DNA of 64,000 nt from Eledone cirrhosa (GCA_964016885.1 OZ024752.1:22692001-22756000), one strand, 5' to 3'. Counted from the stretch's first letter, positions 20,527 to 34,249 are shown. Numbers and translations: made by a program. Notes: generated by a model not told the origin, from the letters alone.

Positions 20527-20670
20527 CCAGACTTATAGATAAAAACATACAAGAATCTGGTGGAGTCACTACTATATTGGATCAAATTATACTATCTTTG
20601 TTAAACACACATTTTATACAAATACATATTTTATACAAATAAAACAAAAAAACATTATTAAATACACGTA

Positions 20671-21050
20671 CTCTCGGGTCTCAAATAATGGTCCCTCCTC
20701 CTGCTTATTAATTTTTTCCAGCCCTTACCGCTCTTATTCCAATCAACCTGGTTATTAAACTTTGCTAATCTATCTTCGGCGAAATTTTATTTTAAGTGGT
20801 AGCATTCCTGCGAAGACATTAAAAACATTATACATGACAAAAAGAGTACATTACTAGCAATCCAATACGTTATAAAATAAATAGGAAGGGTTGGGGGTAG
20901 GGGCTTCAATATGTAAACTAAACGACTAAGTCTTTTTTTTTTTTTTAAATCAACGAAGACAACCTAGAAAAATGACCGATCCCCTCACACATTTCAACTT
21001 CCCCGCTTATTGCAGTCACCCTCTGCCTCTATTATTAGGGACCCCGAGAG
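20671..21050. mobile_element. MITE with TA flanks (Tc1/mariner-like)
   Basis: Imperfect TIRs ctctcgggtctcaaataat / attattagggaccccgagag, with TA on both sides. Confidence 0.6.
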
Positions 21051-21316
21051 TATTATTGTTTATTTCTTTACGAAGTTTAATGAAGTTTATATTATTATTC
21101 TGTATATATTTTCTTCTGCGTTAAAGTTAGTACAGCCTATGAAGGATCGCCTACCTTCCTACCCATCTGTGCACTCATGCATACATTGTTATCAATAGTT
21201 TCACTTGGGTTGTTCCTTCCGTTGTTTGTAATGATGGATGGTGGGAGTGGCGGCGGGTCTATCCGTTTGGCCCAGGACATTAAACAATATTTTTGGTTGC
21301 CTCCCACTGTTGTTAT

Positions 21317-21600
21317 CATCCTTACGGGGTCGATAAAATAAAGTACCAGTAATGCACTGAGTAATTGCTGGCCTTGTGCCTAAAGTAGAAACAGTTATTA
21401 GTTCTTACAGGGCGGTGCATTGGCAGTATCGGTAGAGGGTCGGACGCCATGCTTTCCAACATAGTTACGTCCCTTTACGATCTGAGTTCAAATCCCGCCG
21501 AGGTTGACTTTGCCTTTCATCCTTACGGGGTCGATAAAATAAAGTACCAGTAATGCACTGGGTAATTGCTGGCCTTGTGCCTAAAGTAGAAACAGTTATT
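21317..21600 (+). mobile_element. tRNA-derived SINE (full copy 21410-21600) preceded by a duplicate of its 3' part
   Basis: A box TGGCAGTATCGG, B box GAGTTCAAATCC, conserved GCCTTTCATCCTTACGGGGTCGATAAAATAAAGTACCAG; about ten copies in the window. Confidence 0.88.
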
Positions 21601-21975
21601 AGTTCTTACAATTCGTGTCACTGCTACTGTTGTTATTGTAGAAAAAAAAACTATCGTGTCATGAGTGAGGTCAGGTCATGTTATGAAAACAGCTGGTAGT
21701 TTTCAGACCGGATTTTCTACATTTTTTTTTCACCCACTGATCAGATCTTTTCTATCGAGCTTGTGGGAATAGCAGCATAATCCAATCTCTCTAAGTTAGT
21801 CAAATTACCTTTGACTGACGGACGTAAACGAACAACAAAAACAAACTACCATAAAAGTAGGCAATTATTTTATATTATTTTTCTTACTTGTGTTTCTGAT
21901 TTGTTTTATATAGTTACGTTATCTGTTTCTGTGATAACATAGATACACACACATATATACGTATATATGTATATA

Positions 21976-22116
21976 CAGGTGAAATTCCGTTAAAACGAGT
22001 TTTTCAGTATAGCGACACTTTTTTCAATCCCTGGCCGCACGATCTCGTTATGAAGAATTTTTCATTACAACAAATTTTTTTAAAGCCCTAAATTTCGTTA
22101 TAACCGAATTTCACTC
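21976..22116. mobile_element. Short pogo/Tigger-like MITE
   Basis: Imperfect TIRs gtgaaattccgttaaaacga / tcgttataaccgaatttcac. Confidence 0.55.
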
Positions 22117-22137
22117 TCTCTCTATATATATATATAT

Positions 22138-22146
<9 letters not shown>

Positions 22147-22210
<64 letters not shown>
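22147..22210. repeat. (CT)n microsatellite
   Basis: Direct inspection. Confidence 0.99.
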
Positions 22211-22222
<12 letters not shown>

Positions 22223-22313
22223 AAAACATGAGAAGATATATATATATCGTGTATTAGTGCGCAATATTCAGTTACTGATCGTTTACTAGTTTGAGCACCC
22301 AATGGTAATATTC

Positions 22314-22725
22314 TTTTTTTTAGTGTAAAATGTTTATTATACAGAACATATCAATAAATTTACAGTAGAATAACATAACAAATATGTTTTAAATAACATT
22401 ACAAATGCTTAGATTACATTATAAATTGCTCGTGATTCTTTCAGAAAGATATATTCTTTTAATGTTACAATATCAAAGAAAATATAAAGGAAGGGGTGAA
22501 CAACCGAGCCACCACCAGAGCAAAAAACAGCAGTGAGGGGTACTGGCAACCTATCTAATGATTTTTGAGGCAAGCCAGCACACTCGCAGCGTTGCCTCGG
22601 GTGATGGCGAGGCTAATGTGCTGGAACAACCAAGTGCCCTCGCGAGATTCGCCAGTTATCTCTATTAGGCGAGCCTCCAGTGAAGAGAGGAACCTCGCAG
22701 TCAGTGGCCCGACTCACCCTGCGTC
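22314..22725 (-). mobile_element. 3' end of a CRE-like (restriction-like endonuclease) non-LTR element
   Basis: Minus strand reads VGPLTARFLSSLEARLIEITGESREGTWLFQHISLAITRGNAASVLACLKNH*, then a 3'UTR, AATAAA and a short poly(A). Confidence 0.7.
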
Positions 22726-22812
22726 CAGATACAGATGCGGGATTCTGCGTTTGATATTTCACCATAGTTGGTATTCTTAAGAAGCAGTGTTATATATATA
22801 TATATATATATA

Positions 22813-23035
22813 TTTCGCTTCTGAATTTGTTTAGCAAGATTCTTTATCTGAAAACGTGTGTTGAAACCGATATTGTTATGCTTTGGGAGGGTCATGTTGC
22901 CAATAAGAAACACATGCACCAGTTGCTTTCACATGTGTTTCTTATTGGCAACATGACCCTCCCAAAGCATAACAATATCGGTTTCAACACACGTTTTCAG
23001 ATAAAGAATCTTACTAAACAAATTCAGAAACGAAA
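22813..23035. repeat. Inverted repeat with 104-bp arms and 15-nt loop, flanked by TA tracts
   Basis: Arms 22813-22916 and 22932-23035 differ at two positions. Further pieces of the family at 23265-23325 and 26289-26312. Confidence 0.92.
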
Positions 23036-23390
23036 TATATATATATATATATATATATGTTTTTTCAAAAACAAGATGGCGTAGGACAGAACAAAGGAGA
23101 GGCACAAAAACAAAGAAAAGAATCCCCAGTCACTGTAGAGGTCACAGAATATGTGACGAAAGAACTTTGACAGTATATGAACAATCGTCTGGTTGTGGAA
23201 CCAACCAACCAACCGGAAATTTATAAATTCCTAAATTTATAAATTTAATTTATAATAAATTGAAGTGAAAGCAACTGGTGCGTGTGTTTCTTATTGGCAA
23301 CATGACCCTCCCAAATCATAACAATATATATATATATATATATACACATATATATATACACACACAGACACACACACACGCGCACACACG

Positions 23391-23429
<39 letters not shown>

Positions 23430-23648
23430 GGGGTAACAAATAATAGTTATATGCAGTCCACTTAGGTGTAGTCCAGTTATGGTATTCCGGGTAGTGGATG
23501 ATATCAACGCTTGGCTTGGTTTGACTCAACAAGGTGTTTTCATAGTGATGTTGCGAGTATGCTGTAATTCCTATGTTGTAAACACTTGGAGTAATAATAA
23601 ATCAGGAAAGAAGATTGACATGGTTTGCTATACAAAAAAGGTTTTTAA

Positions 23649-23769
23649 TCTCATTGCTGACAATTGTTTCTCTGAACTGGTAGGTCTAGAGATCGCTATT
23701 CGTTTGTTTTCAAGTTACTCGATTGCCAATACAAAATTATAACCAGTCAGTTCTTCGGAGCATGTGAGA
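23649..23769 (-). ncRNA. Type I hammerhead motif with long stem II (CCGAAGA core)
   Basis: Reverse-complement copy of 24905-25025. Confidence 0.7.
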
Positions 23770-24227
23770 ATGAAGAGGATATACAGGCATGAAAGGAATA
23801 TACAGGCTACTATATGAAGTAGTAATGGCATTCAGTTAGAACAATAACAACAATTACAACAATGCTAGTAATAAATTATTTGAGGAGACCCTGACATTAC
23901 ATTTGGTGGGGGGGGGTGTAGTGAATCTAAGATTTTGGTGTAAAACTAGCTGACATGAAGCAGAAGTATAAGGTTGGCATGTAAGGAGTGTCGTAGGGTG
24001 TATTATATCAATTTTAAAGATAAGCCGGTGTTTATCAACAATGTAGGTCAGATGGCCGTAATGTTCAGTATTTATCTGACCAACGAAGTATTTATCATTG
24101 AGTAGAATTTGTGTGGTCTACATTAGATGAGAATACAGTCTTTCTTTTTATCTTCAATAACATACATGTATGGGACAACACTGTCAAAGCTAAATAATGG
24201 GCAAGTTAATACAGAGGTTAAGGAGGT

Positions 24228-24261
<34 letters not shown>

Positions 24262-24904
24262 CACACACATATATATATATACACACGCACGTGTACATAG
24301 ACACATACATACACATCAATATACACTCGTACAAATACATACATACATGCAAAGAGATAAACATGCTGACTGTAATTATGGCAAAAGGAAGGTAAAGTTA
24401 CATTGTAGTAGTGATTTGAGAAATTCTTGGATTTAGGATCAAGTGATGGCAGCAGCTGAGAAGGAATAAGTTTATGGGTTGATGAGGTACTTACAGACAT
24501 TTGTGTGGTATAGAACTGTGAAGGCTAGATTGTACTTAATGAGTATATTTCTGTGGTGATTTATGCAGGGTAGTGGGTATCCTAGTTTAAAGCTATGTTA
24601 TGTTGGTTCGATTCACGGAGGTTTGAATCTTATGAATTTAGTGGCAATTCTATGTCTGCAGAAGATAGATCTTTCTAACTTATTGTTAAGTAGCCTTTTT
24701 ACATTTTTGAGGATATACATTAGTTCTAGATCATATAGCCGAAATCTTAGATACACTATACCCCCCACCCAATGTAATGTCAGGGTCTCCTCAAATAATT
24801 TATTACTAGCATTGTTGTAATTGTTGTTATTGTTCTAACTGAATGCCATTACTACTTCATATAGTAGCCTGTATATTCCTTTCATGCCTGTATATCCTCT
24901 TCAT

Positions 24905-25025
24905 TCTCGCATGCTCCGAAGAACTGACTGGTTATAATTTTGTATTGGCGATCGAGTAACGTGAAAACAAACGAATACCGATCTCTAGACCTACCAGTTC
25001 AGAGAAACAATTGTCAGCAATGAGA
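24905..25025 (+). ncRNA. Type I hammerhead motif with long stem II (CCGAAGA core)
   Basis: tctc..tgct CCGAAGA actgactggt[about 60 nt]accagttcaga GAAA caattg TC agca..gaga; palindromic stem III CAATTG. Confidence 0.7.
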
Positions 25026-25181
25026 TTAAAAACCTTTTTTGTATAGCAAACCATGTCAATCTTCTTTCCTGATTTATATATATATATATATGAAATACCA
25101 ATGATCGTTGGCAAATCACTGATGAGGGACTAATTTTATAATATGTAATCCATGTGCAACCATGCAGCATTCTTCCATATT

Positions 25182-25216
<35 letters not shown>

Positions 25217-25392
25217 ATATTAGTGATACTATTTATAGTTATGTATATTTTAAACTATAAACAGGGAAGGTCAGTAATTTATAACTACCTTATTACCAGT
25301 AAGATAAATAGCTCAATGTAATAACATCAGTTGTTCTACAGAGCAGTTATATAGAATTCACAAGAATCAAAGCTATGTTCAAAGCATTTATT

Positions 25393-25440
25393 CACTTACA
25401 ATTGTTTCATCCAAACCTCGGCTTGGAGTCTTCGGAGCAT
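25393..25440 (-). ncRNA. Minimal hammerhead motif (CCGAAGA core)
   Basis: Minus strand: gct CCGAAGA ctccaagc-cgag-gtttggat GAAA caattg TA agt. Confidence 0.68.
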
Positions 25441-25748
25441 TTTTCAATGCTTGTACATATAATTGACATCCTATCCAATGCAAGAGACATACAGATACAT
25501 ATATATATATTGATGAACAGTGGAGTGACATATATTATACTATACTATATTTGTACAGCAATTCAAATTTAAAATCAAAATTAAAATACATGCGGCAGAT
25601 AACACAGATAATGCAATGTATATATATATACATATTTATACACACACAGACAAACACACATACATATATATATATATACATATATATACACACACAGACA
25701 CACACACACATATATATATATACATATATATATACATATATGTATATA

Positions 25749-25816
<68 letters not shown>

Positions 25817-25825
25817 TACATATAC

Positions 25826-25886
<61 letters not shown>

Positions 25887-25951
25887 CATATATATATACA
25901 TATATATATACATATATATATACATATACATACATACATATACATACATAA

Positions 25952-26022
<71 letters not shown>

Positions 26023-26037
26023 CATACATATATATAC

Positions 26038-26082
<45 letters not shown>

Positions 26083-26163
26083 CATACACATATATACATA
26101 CATATATATACATACACATATATACATATATATACATACATATATATACATATATATACATAC

Positions 26164-26194
<31 letters not shown>

Positions 26195-26218
26195 CATATA
26201 TATATATATACATATATC

Positions 26219-26281
<63 letters not shown>

Positions 26282-26319
26282 CGCAAATATGACCCTCCCC
26301 AAGTATAACAATATATATG

Positions 26320-26416
<97 letters not shown>

Positions 26417-26543
26417 ATACATATATATATACATATATATATATAGATATATATATACATATATATATACATATATATTATCATGGTAAGAATACATAAA
26501 CTATATACATATATATATATACATACATATATACATACATATA

Positions 26544-26593
<50 letters not shown>

Positions 26594-26594
26594 C

Positions 26595-26669
<75 letters not shown>

Positions 26670-26671
26670 CT

Positions 26672-26712
<41 letters not shown>

Positions 26713-26734
26713 ATATATACATATATATATATAC

Positions 26735-26781
<47 letters not shown>

Positions 26782-26824
26782 CATACATATATATATATAC
26801 ATATATATATATACATATATATAT

Positions 26825-26869
<45 letters not shown>

Positions 26870-27016
26870 CATATATATATATATACATACATATATATAC
26901 ATATATATATAAATATATACATATATATATATACATATATATATGTATATACATATATATATATATACATATATACATATATATATATATACATATATAT
27001 ACATATATATATATAT

Positions 27017-27065
<49 letters not shown>

Positions 27066-27250
27066 TGTATATATATATATATGTATATATATGTATATGT
27101 ATATATATATATGTATATGTATATATATATATGTATATATATATGTATATATATATATGTATATATATATATATGTATATATATGTATATGTATATATAT
27201 GTATATGTATATATATATATATGTATATATATGTATATATATATACATTT

Positions 27251-27299
27251 TCCAAACCCATGCAAGCGTGGAACACGGACGTTAAACGTTGATGATGAT
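27251..27299 (+). mobile_element. 49-bp terminal fragment of the RTE family of copies B/C
   Basis: tccaaacccatgcaagcgtggaacacggacgttaaacgtt(gat)3 matches 3761-3812. Confidence 0.9.
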
Positions 27300-27324
27300 A
27301 TATATATATATGTATATAATATAC

Positions 27325-27371
<47 letters not shown>

Positions 27372-27386
27372 CATATATATATATAC

Positions 27387-27419
<33 letters not shown>

Positions 27420-27683
27420 CATATATATATACACATATATATATATATATACACATATATATATATATATATATACATATATATACATATATATATATAC
27501 ATATATATGCATATATATATATACATATATATACATATACATATATATACATATATATACATATATATACATATATATACATATATATACATATATATAT
27601 ACATATATATACATATATATACATATATATATACATATATATATACATATATATATACATATATATATATACATATATATACA

Positions 27684-27789
<106 letters not shown>

Positions 27790-27821
27790 CATATATAGTT
27801 TTAATATAGATGAGATTCTAC

Positions 27822-27860
27822 AGGACTAGAACTGTTTCATTCTTTAGAAATCATCAGAAA
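27822..27860 (-). ncRNA. Truncated hammerhead motif inside a TA array
   Basis: Minus strand: CTGATGA tttc-taaa-gaat GAAA cagttctag TC; stem I not supported. Confidence 0.45.
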
Positions 27861-27864
27861 TATA

Positions 27865-27992
<128 letters not shown>

Positions 27993-28095
27993 CATATCTA
28001 TATATATATATACATATATATACATATATATACATATATATATATATACATATATATACATATATATACATATATATATATATACATATATATAC

Positions 28096-28126
<31 letters not shown>

Positions 28127-28127
28127 C

Positions 28128-28182
<55 letters not shown>

Positions 28183-28236
28183 CATATATATACATATATA
28201 TATATATACATATATATACATATATATACATATATA

Positions 28237-28296
<60 letters not shown>

Positions 28297-28454
28297 CATA
28301 TATATACATATATATATATATACATATATATACATATATATATATATACATATATATACATATATATACATATATATATATATACATATATATACATATA
28401 TATACATATATATACATATATATACATATATATATATTTATACATATATATACA

Positions 28455-28488
<34 letters not shown>

Positions 28489-28593
28489 CATATATATACA
28501 TATATATATATATATACATATATATACATATATATACATATATATATATATACATATATATACATATATATACATATATATACATATATATTC

Positions 28594-28638
<45 letters not shown>

Positions 28639-28639
28639 C

Positions 28640-28698
<59 letters not shown>

Positions 28699-28699
28699 C

Positions 28700-28740
<41 letters not shown>

Positions 28741-28747
28741 TATATAC

Positions 28748-28780
<33 letters not shown>

Positions 28781-28781
<1 letters not shown>

Positions 28782-29150
28782 TAGGATTGGTGCTCTGAAA
28801 TAGCGATGTATACATGAATGTATGTATAGTATATTTGGCAATATACAGTATGTTTAATTAAAAACATTTTGAAGACCTTACGCTATCATTTTTAAAGTAG
28901 TGACTATGTCACTTCTTTTCGGCGAAAGAAGGCAGAGAAGCTAAGTCTGTTTCATGTTGTTTGGCAATCATCAGAGCTACATACTGCCCTCTGCCGACAA
29001 GGATTATAGAGGCTGGATTCTTATAGAATTCCACTAATAATCAGGAGCTGATTATACAGAGCAATTCCCGGTTCAGCAAAAATTAAGTATTAGTTTTTAA
29101 GTATTAATTTTTGCTGGACCGACAATCTCTCTGTATAATCAGTTCCTGAT
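28781..29150 (-). mobile_element. PLE pseudo-LTR-like repeat with degenerate hammerhead and terminal fold-back
   Basis: Inverted homolog of 35297-35585. CTGATGA...GAAAC on minus at 28939-28977. Hairpin at 29039-29150. Confidence 0.6.
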
Positions 29151-29389
29151 ATATATATATATATATAAACTTTTTCCCTGAGTAGGTTTTTTCGTTGATC
29201 TGGTCCTAGCAGCTTGCTTTACGGTCGCTGGCTTCAATTTGCATAGCTGTCTAAACGTAATGTTATAACTCTAAGGTAAAATTCCTTATTGAGTACATAT
29301 AAATATATATATATATACATGTCCCACCCTTGCTAGCAGGGATAAGCGTACGTAAAATGATGATGATACATGTATATATATATATATAA

Positions 29390-29468
<79 letters not shown>

Positions 29469-29471
29469 TAT

Positions 29472-29539
<68 letters not shown>

Positions 29540-29572
29540 AATATTTTACATGTTTTTAATAATTTGTCTCAT

Positions 29573-30965
29573 TCTGTTGGACCCTTCCTAAAAACTAACC
29601 TGCTCCTAAAGTTATCCATTTCCTGCCCTCCCACCCCCAAACACCACCATTGGTATATGGACCAATCATAACTCACCGGCTTTAGTAAGTTCCCTAACAA
29701 ATCAGTATAGCAAAACTACCGCCCCGGTTACTACTCCTTAAGTTTAGACCTGTTTGATGGGTTGACTGCGGAAATTTAGAAAGTCTAAGCACTCAATGAC
29801 AACGTCACAGATAAAGATAAATTCACCTCCCGCTGCAGGACGAGAATACAAGAACCCCTCTCTATTTCAGACACAAATGACCAACATAATTCCGTCTCCC
29901 AGACCCCTCCCAGCCCCTCCAATCCATCCATCCCACCCTCCCAACTTCAGAGTTGATACCATGAACGTAGGCACATTGAAAGGTCGCTCAAATGAGGTTG
30001 TAGAGATGCTTGAACGTAAAGAAGTTGATGTTTGTTGTATTCAAGAGACAAGGTGGAGAGGGGGGTCTGCCAGATTCATCGTGAGTAAAAAACAATGCTA
30101 TAAACTTTTCTGGGTGGGAAATGACAACGGACAGCGTGGTGTAGGAATTATGTTAGCAGAAAAATGGGTACATAAGGTAATTGACGTAAATAGAGTAAAT
30201 GACAGAATAATTAAAATAAGGCTAGTACTAAATAGAACCGGCAGCGACTACATAATTATTGCTGGCGATCTAAATGGCCACGTTGGACAACATAGTGATG
30301 GCTATGATGGAATCCATGGAGGCTATGGGGTTGGAAATAGAAATGAGGAAGGCTTCAGAATCCTGGAATTCTGTGACGGTAATAACCTAACTATCTGTAA
30401 CACAAACTTCAAAAAACGTGAAAACCACTTGATCACCTATAGATCAGGGGAACATGCCAGCCATGTAGAAGAAGGGACAAAGTGTCTGTTGTAAACACTA
30501 AATCCCTCCCTCATGAAGAATGCACCTCCCAACATAGCCTAGTAGTTAGTGACCTCATAGTCAGGAATAGATGTACTCGACGACAGAGGAGGCCTACCTT
30601 GAGGAGAAGAATATGGAAGTTGAAGGACCCCATAGCCAGTGACAAATTTAAAAGCTTATTACTTGATGCCTTTGAAAATAAGGAAGAGCAATTAGAGACA
30701 TGCGATATAGAGGAACAGTGGCAATTCTTGAAAGTGAACCTGCTGAAAGCAAAGAATGAAATCTGTGGCTAGAGCAGACCTGTTGGCAGGAGGAGAGTAA
30801 CTTGGTGGTCGAACAGTAAGATAGAAGAGACAATCAAGGCCAAAAAGCAAGCTTGGAAAGAGGAAGTAGAGAGCACTATCAAGTGGCCAGGAGAGAAGCT
30901 AGGAGACAAGTGTACCTTGCAAAAGGGGAAGCAGAGGAAAGAAAGTTAGAGCATGTTCTACACAG
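29573..30965 (+). pseudogene. RTE LINE 5' part: apurinic-like endonuclease and linker, with internal deletions
   Basis: MNVGTLKGRS, VDVCCIQETRW, GVGI, AGDLNGHVG, NTNFKK, ITYRSG; linker homologous to copy A 1200-1590. Confidence 0.88.
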
Positions 30966-31104
30966 AAATGTATATATATTTCTTAGAACAAAATTATTAT
31001 TAATGTTTTGCTGTTCATAACAATTGGAATTGAAAAATTACTTTTGAAATTATTAGTTATTTTACTAATGCTTAGATATGTAAAAATGAAGCAATGTTTC
31101 TAAT

Positions 31105-31294
31105 AATTGTTTCTACTTTTGACACAAGGCCAGCAATTAACCAGTACATTACTGGTACTTTATTTTATCGACCCCGTGAGGATGAAAGGCAAAGTTAACC
31201 TCGGCGGTATTTGAACTCAGACCGTAAAGGGACGTAACTCCATGCTATGAAGCATGGGGTCCGACTCTCTACAGATTCTGCCAATCCACCGCCC
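31105..31294 (-). mobile_element. tRNA-derived SINE
   Basis: Reverse complement of the 21410/41340 family. Confidence 0.88.
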
Positions 31295-31632
31295 TATTGT
31301 CTGTACGTAATGAGGGAGTGAGAGGGGAGAGAAAGAAAGGCAGAGGTGAAGTGACAAAGTGACTCTCTCTCCTCCTCCTCCTCCTCCATCTCCCCATTCG
31401 TCACAGCGATAGAGGGGAGAAATGTTAGTGTGTTACAAAGAGAAAGAGTGAGAGTGAGAGAAATAGACAGACTAAAAGAGAGGGATAGCTGGAGAGAGAG
31501 AGATAGCAACCACGCGCGCACGTGTTTCCACTGTCGGACAGACAGACAGAGAAATTGCTGGTTATATATTATAAGGAGATATATATATATATATAAATAT
31601 ATATATACATGTATATATATATAAATATATAT

Positions 31633-31684
<52 letters not shown>

Positions 31685-32756
31685 ATATATATACATGTAT
31701 ATATAAATAAATATATACATGTCAATTTAAATAGATGAAGTACGTCGGTGGAGTCCTATCCTCTGTGCAGACAGGCACCCTAGGTTTCGACCAACAAGCT
31801 CCAATCCCCAGCCCCGGCTTGTGACCCGAATACCCAGAGGATATCCTGCCTCGAACCCGACCCCCTCGCACGCATGAGTCATGAATAAATATCACAAGTA
31901 AAAATGACACGCCGATTACTACAACTTACCCCTCTCCCTACCTCCAGAGGGACTTTGACCCTGTGTCCGTGTGGGTGTATCCACATATGGGCATATATGG
32001 AGCTATGTATATGCGTACATGTATGCGAGTGTGGGACTGTGCAGACATAATATGGGAATGCACCTGAGCCTGTGTTTGTGCGTGTGTGCTTGCACCGATG
32101 TGCGTTGACATACACGCATATGTACTTTATGCTGAAATAGGAACTGTAGTCCTTTGCATTTCCGGATTTTGACACACAGGTTTCTGGTGTCTTACACTCC
32201 ACTTTTACCTCATTTGTTCTTAAAACGCACCACTCGATGATAAAATAAGAATTGTAATTCTTTACACTTCTTGATTCTGACACAGGTTTTCTACTTCAGT
32301 TAATAATTTTCAAATCTTTCAAATTTTTCAAATCTTTCAAATTTTGACATATGTTTGGCACCCTCCACCATGTGAAATGGTGGCAGGATAGATACCAGCC
32401 TACACACATAAATTCTTCAGAACATAACAGCAGCATACTAAAGCTGACCTGCCAGCTGACCCCTTAACACTACTACCACTACCAAACACAATGGAGGAGG
32501 TCAGCTGTACTTAAACAACTACAACAGATTGTCTTGCCTCAGAATTTCTATAGACTTTTGACTGAGGAATGTTCTCACAACTGACCAATGAGATGCGAGC
32601 GTGTCCTATGACGCCGAAATTCGTTTGTTCTAACTCATATGATTCCAGTTCCTCAGAGGAATAACAACACAACCAGGAGCTGGACATATTGATGTATTGA
32701 TGGAGTTAAAACACACTTCAACAACATGTGTACCTGTCTTTTCCACACCAATTCGG

Positions 32757-32811
32757 ACTGCCTGAAGAGGTCACAGCCAATGATGGCTGTCACCGAAATA
32801 TATATAGCAGT
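32757..32811 (+). ncRNA. Canonical minimal type I hammerhead ribozyme (PLE-type)
   Basis: actgc CTGAAGA ggtcacagcca-atga-tggctgtcacc GAAA tatata TA gcagt: intact core, 5-bp stem I, long stem II, palindromic stem III. Confidence 0.85.
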
Positions 32812-33423
32812 ATATCTATAATTTATAATAAACGAAGCCAAATTTTACATATTTGACCTAATTATTTTATATGTATATATATAGCTTAAAATGGAGTGAG
32901 AAAAAGAAGAAAGCAAGAATGGGGCGGGGGGGGGGGGAGTTTTCCTCATCAGCTCTCTAGTGGGGGTCTCGGATATTTCCACGCTTTAAAGATAAGTTAT
33001 CTACCGCCCAGAGCGTCCAATAACTGGGTAATTATTGGGGAAACGGAGGAGGGAGAGAAGGAAAATAGAAGGGAAAAGGGAGGAAAAGAGAAAAGAGTGA
33101 AAAAACAACAACAAACCGAGCAATGTATGAGCAACCTAAGGTAAGAAAATCCAAGACCACAGCGATAAGAGAACTTAAGTTGAAGAACGTGTGGGTGAGC
33201 GAACAGACACATCTGACCCCAGTGAGTGTAAGTGAGAAAAGGACTGCTAGAGGGTCAGGTGAGGGAAACAATGGGGAGGTTGGTAGAGAGAGGATGAGTG
33301 AAAGTGAGAGGGAGAAAGGGAGTGGAAGAAAGAGGGGTAAGAGTAGATAGTAACAAAATAGGTAGATAGAGGGAGAGAGCAGACTGGTCACTGCGAAACA
33401 TGATAAAATAAATGGAGAATAGG

Positions 33424-34249
33424 ATTGGCCACAAAAGGTTTCTATCTAAAAATGAAAAGCAGATTGTATGATGCTTGTATACGAACAGCAATGTTACATG
33501 GCAGTGAGACATGTGCATTGTGTGTAGAGGATCTGCGCAGACTGGAAAGGAACGAAGCTTGCATGCTCTGTTGGATGTGTAATAGTAATATAAACAAACG
33601 GCAAAATATAAATGAACTAAGTGAGAAATTAGGAATAAGAGGCATCAGATGTTGTCTACTTGAGAGAAGACTACGTTGATATGGTCACGTGATACGCATG
33701 AAAGACGACAGCTGTTTAAAAAAGTGCAGGGCGATCAAAATTGATGGTAGTTACGGAGTAGGTAGACCCAGAAAAACCTGGGACAATTTGATAAATTCTG
33801 ACCTTACACACTTGCACCTCTCTAAGACAATGTCACTGGACTGAGATCTTTGGCACCATGCAGTAATACAGAAGACCCACCTTGTCTATGTACAAAGAGA
33901 AACCTACAGTCAGTAGGCACCTCTTAACCAAATATACACCCCAACCCTCTACCCCTACTCCATCCTCCGACTCCCACCAACACTACCCTTTTTCTGTAAA
34001 GTTATGTTGGTACAACAACATCCAGTCCAAACTAATGAGAACGTGTAGGTGTCACAACAAAAAACACACAGTCCATGCTGTAATGTAGCTGTGTAGGTAA
34101 CATGGTAAAAACCTCCCAGTCCACACTGTAAATGTGGTTGGTGTTAGGAAGGGCATCGAGCCGTAATGAGCGAGACATGGTCACCCGACCAATTCCCGTC
34201 TAACCCATGCTAGCATGGAAGATAGGCGTTAAACGATGATAATGATGAT
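33424..34249 (+). mobile_element. Older RTE copy, 3' part (ORF2 C-terminus with stops, 3'UTR, GAT tail)
   Basis: KSRLYDACIRTAMLHGSET; homologous to 2935-3812. Confidence 0.9.

Larger units (their letters stand above)
23596..25077 (-). mobile_element. 5'-truncated Penelope-like element (Naiad-type C-terminus) with a 3' pseudo-LTR and an inverted pseudo-LTR at the 5' end
   Basis: Inverted repeats of about 335 bp (23596-23933 and 24742-25077). Minus 24750-24613 reads FRLYDLELMYILKNVKRLLNNKLERSIFCRHR..., matching the CxLC..E..I..LLN...E...CRH end of the PLE GIY-YIG region. One hammerhead per repeat. Confidence 0.75.

Noticed and set aside
21410-21500. tRNA genes
   Set aside because: The A/B boxes belong to multicopy SINE heads; no full cloverleaf seen.
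24613-24750. Selenocysteine recoding as reported for some Naiad PLEs
   Set aside because: The expected Cys positions are TTT and TAT, not TGA; this looks like simple decay.
25116-25175. Hammerhead starting CTGATGAG
   Set aside because: A stem II-like pairing is present but there is no GAAA or cleavage triplet in position.
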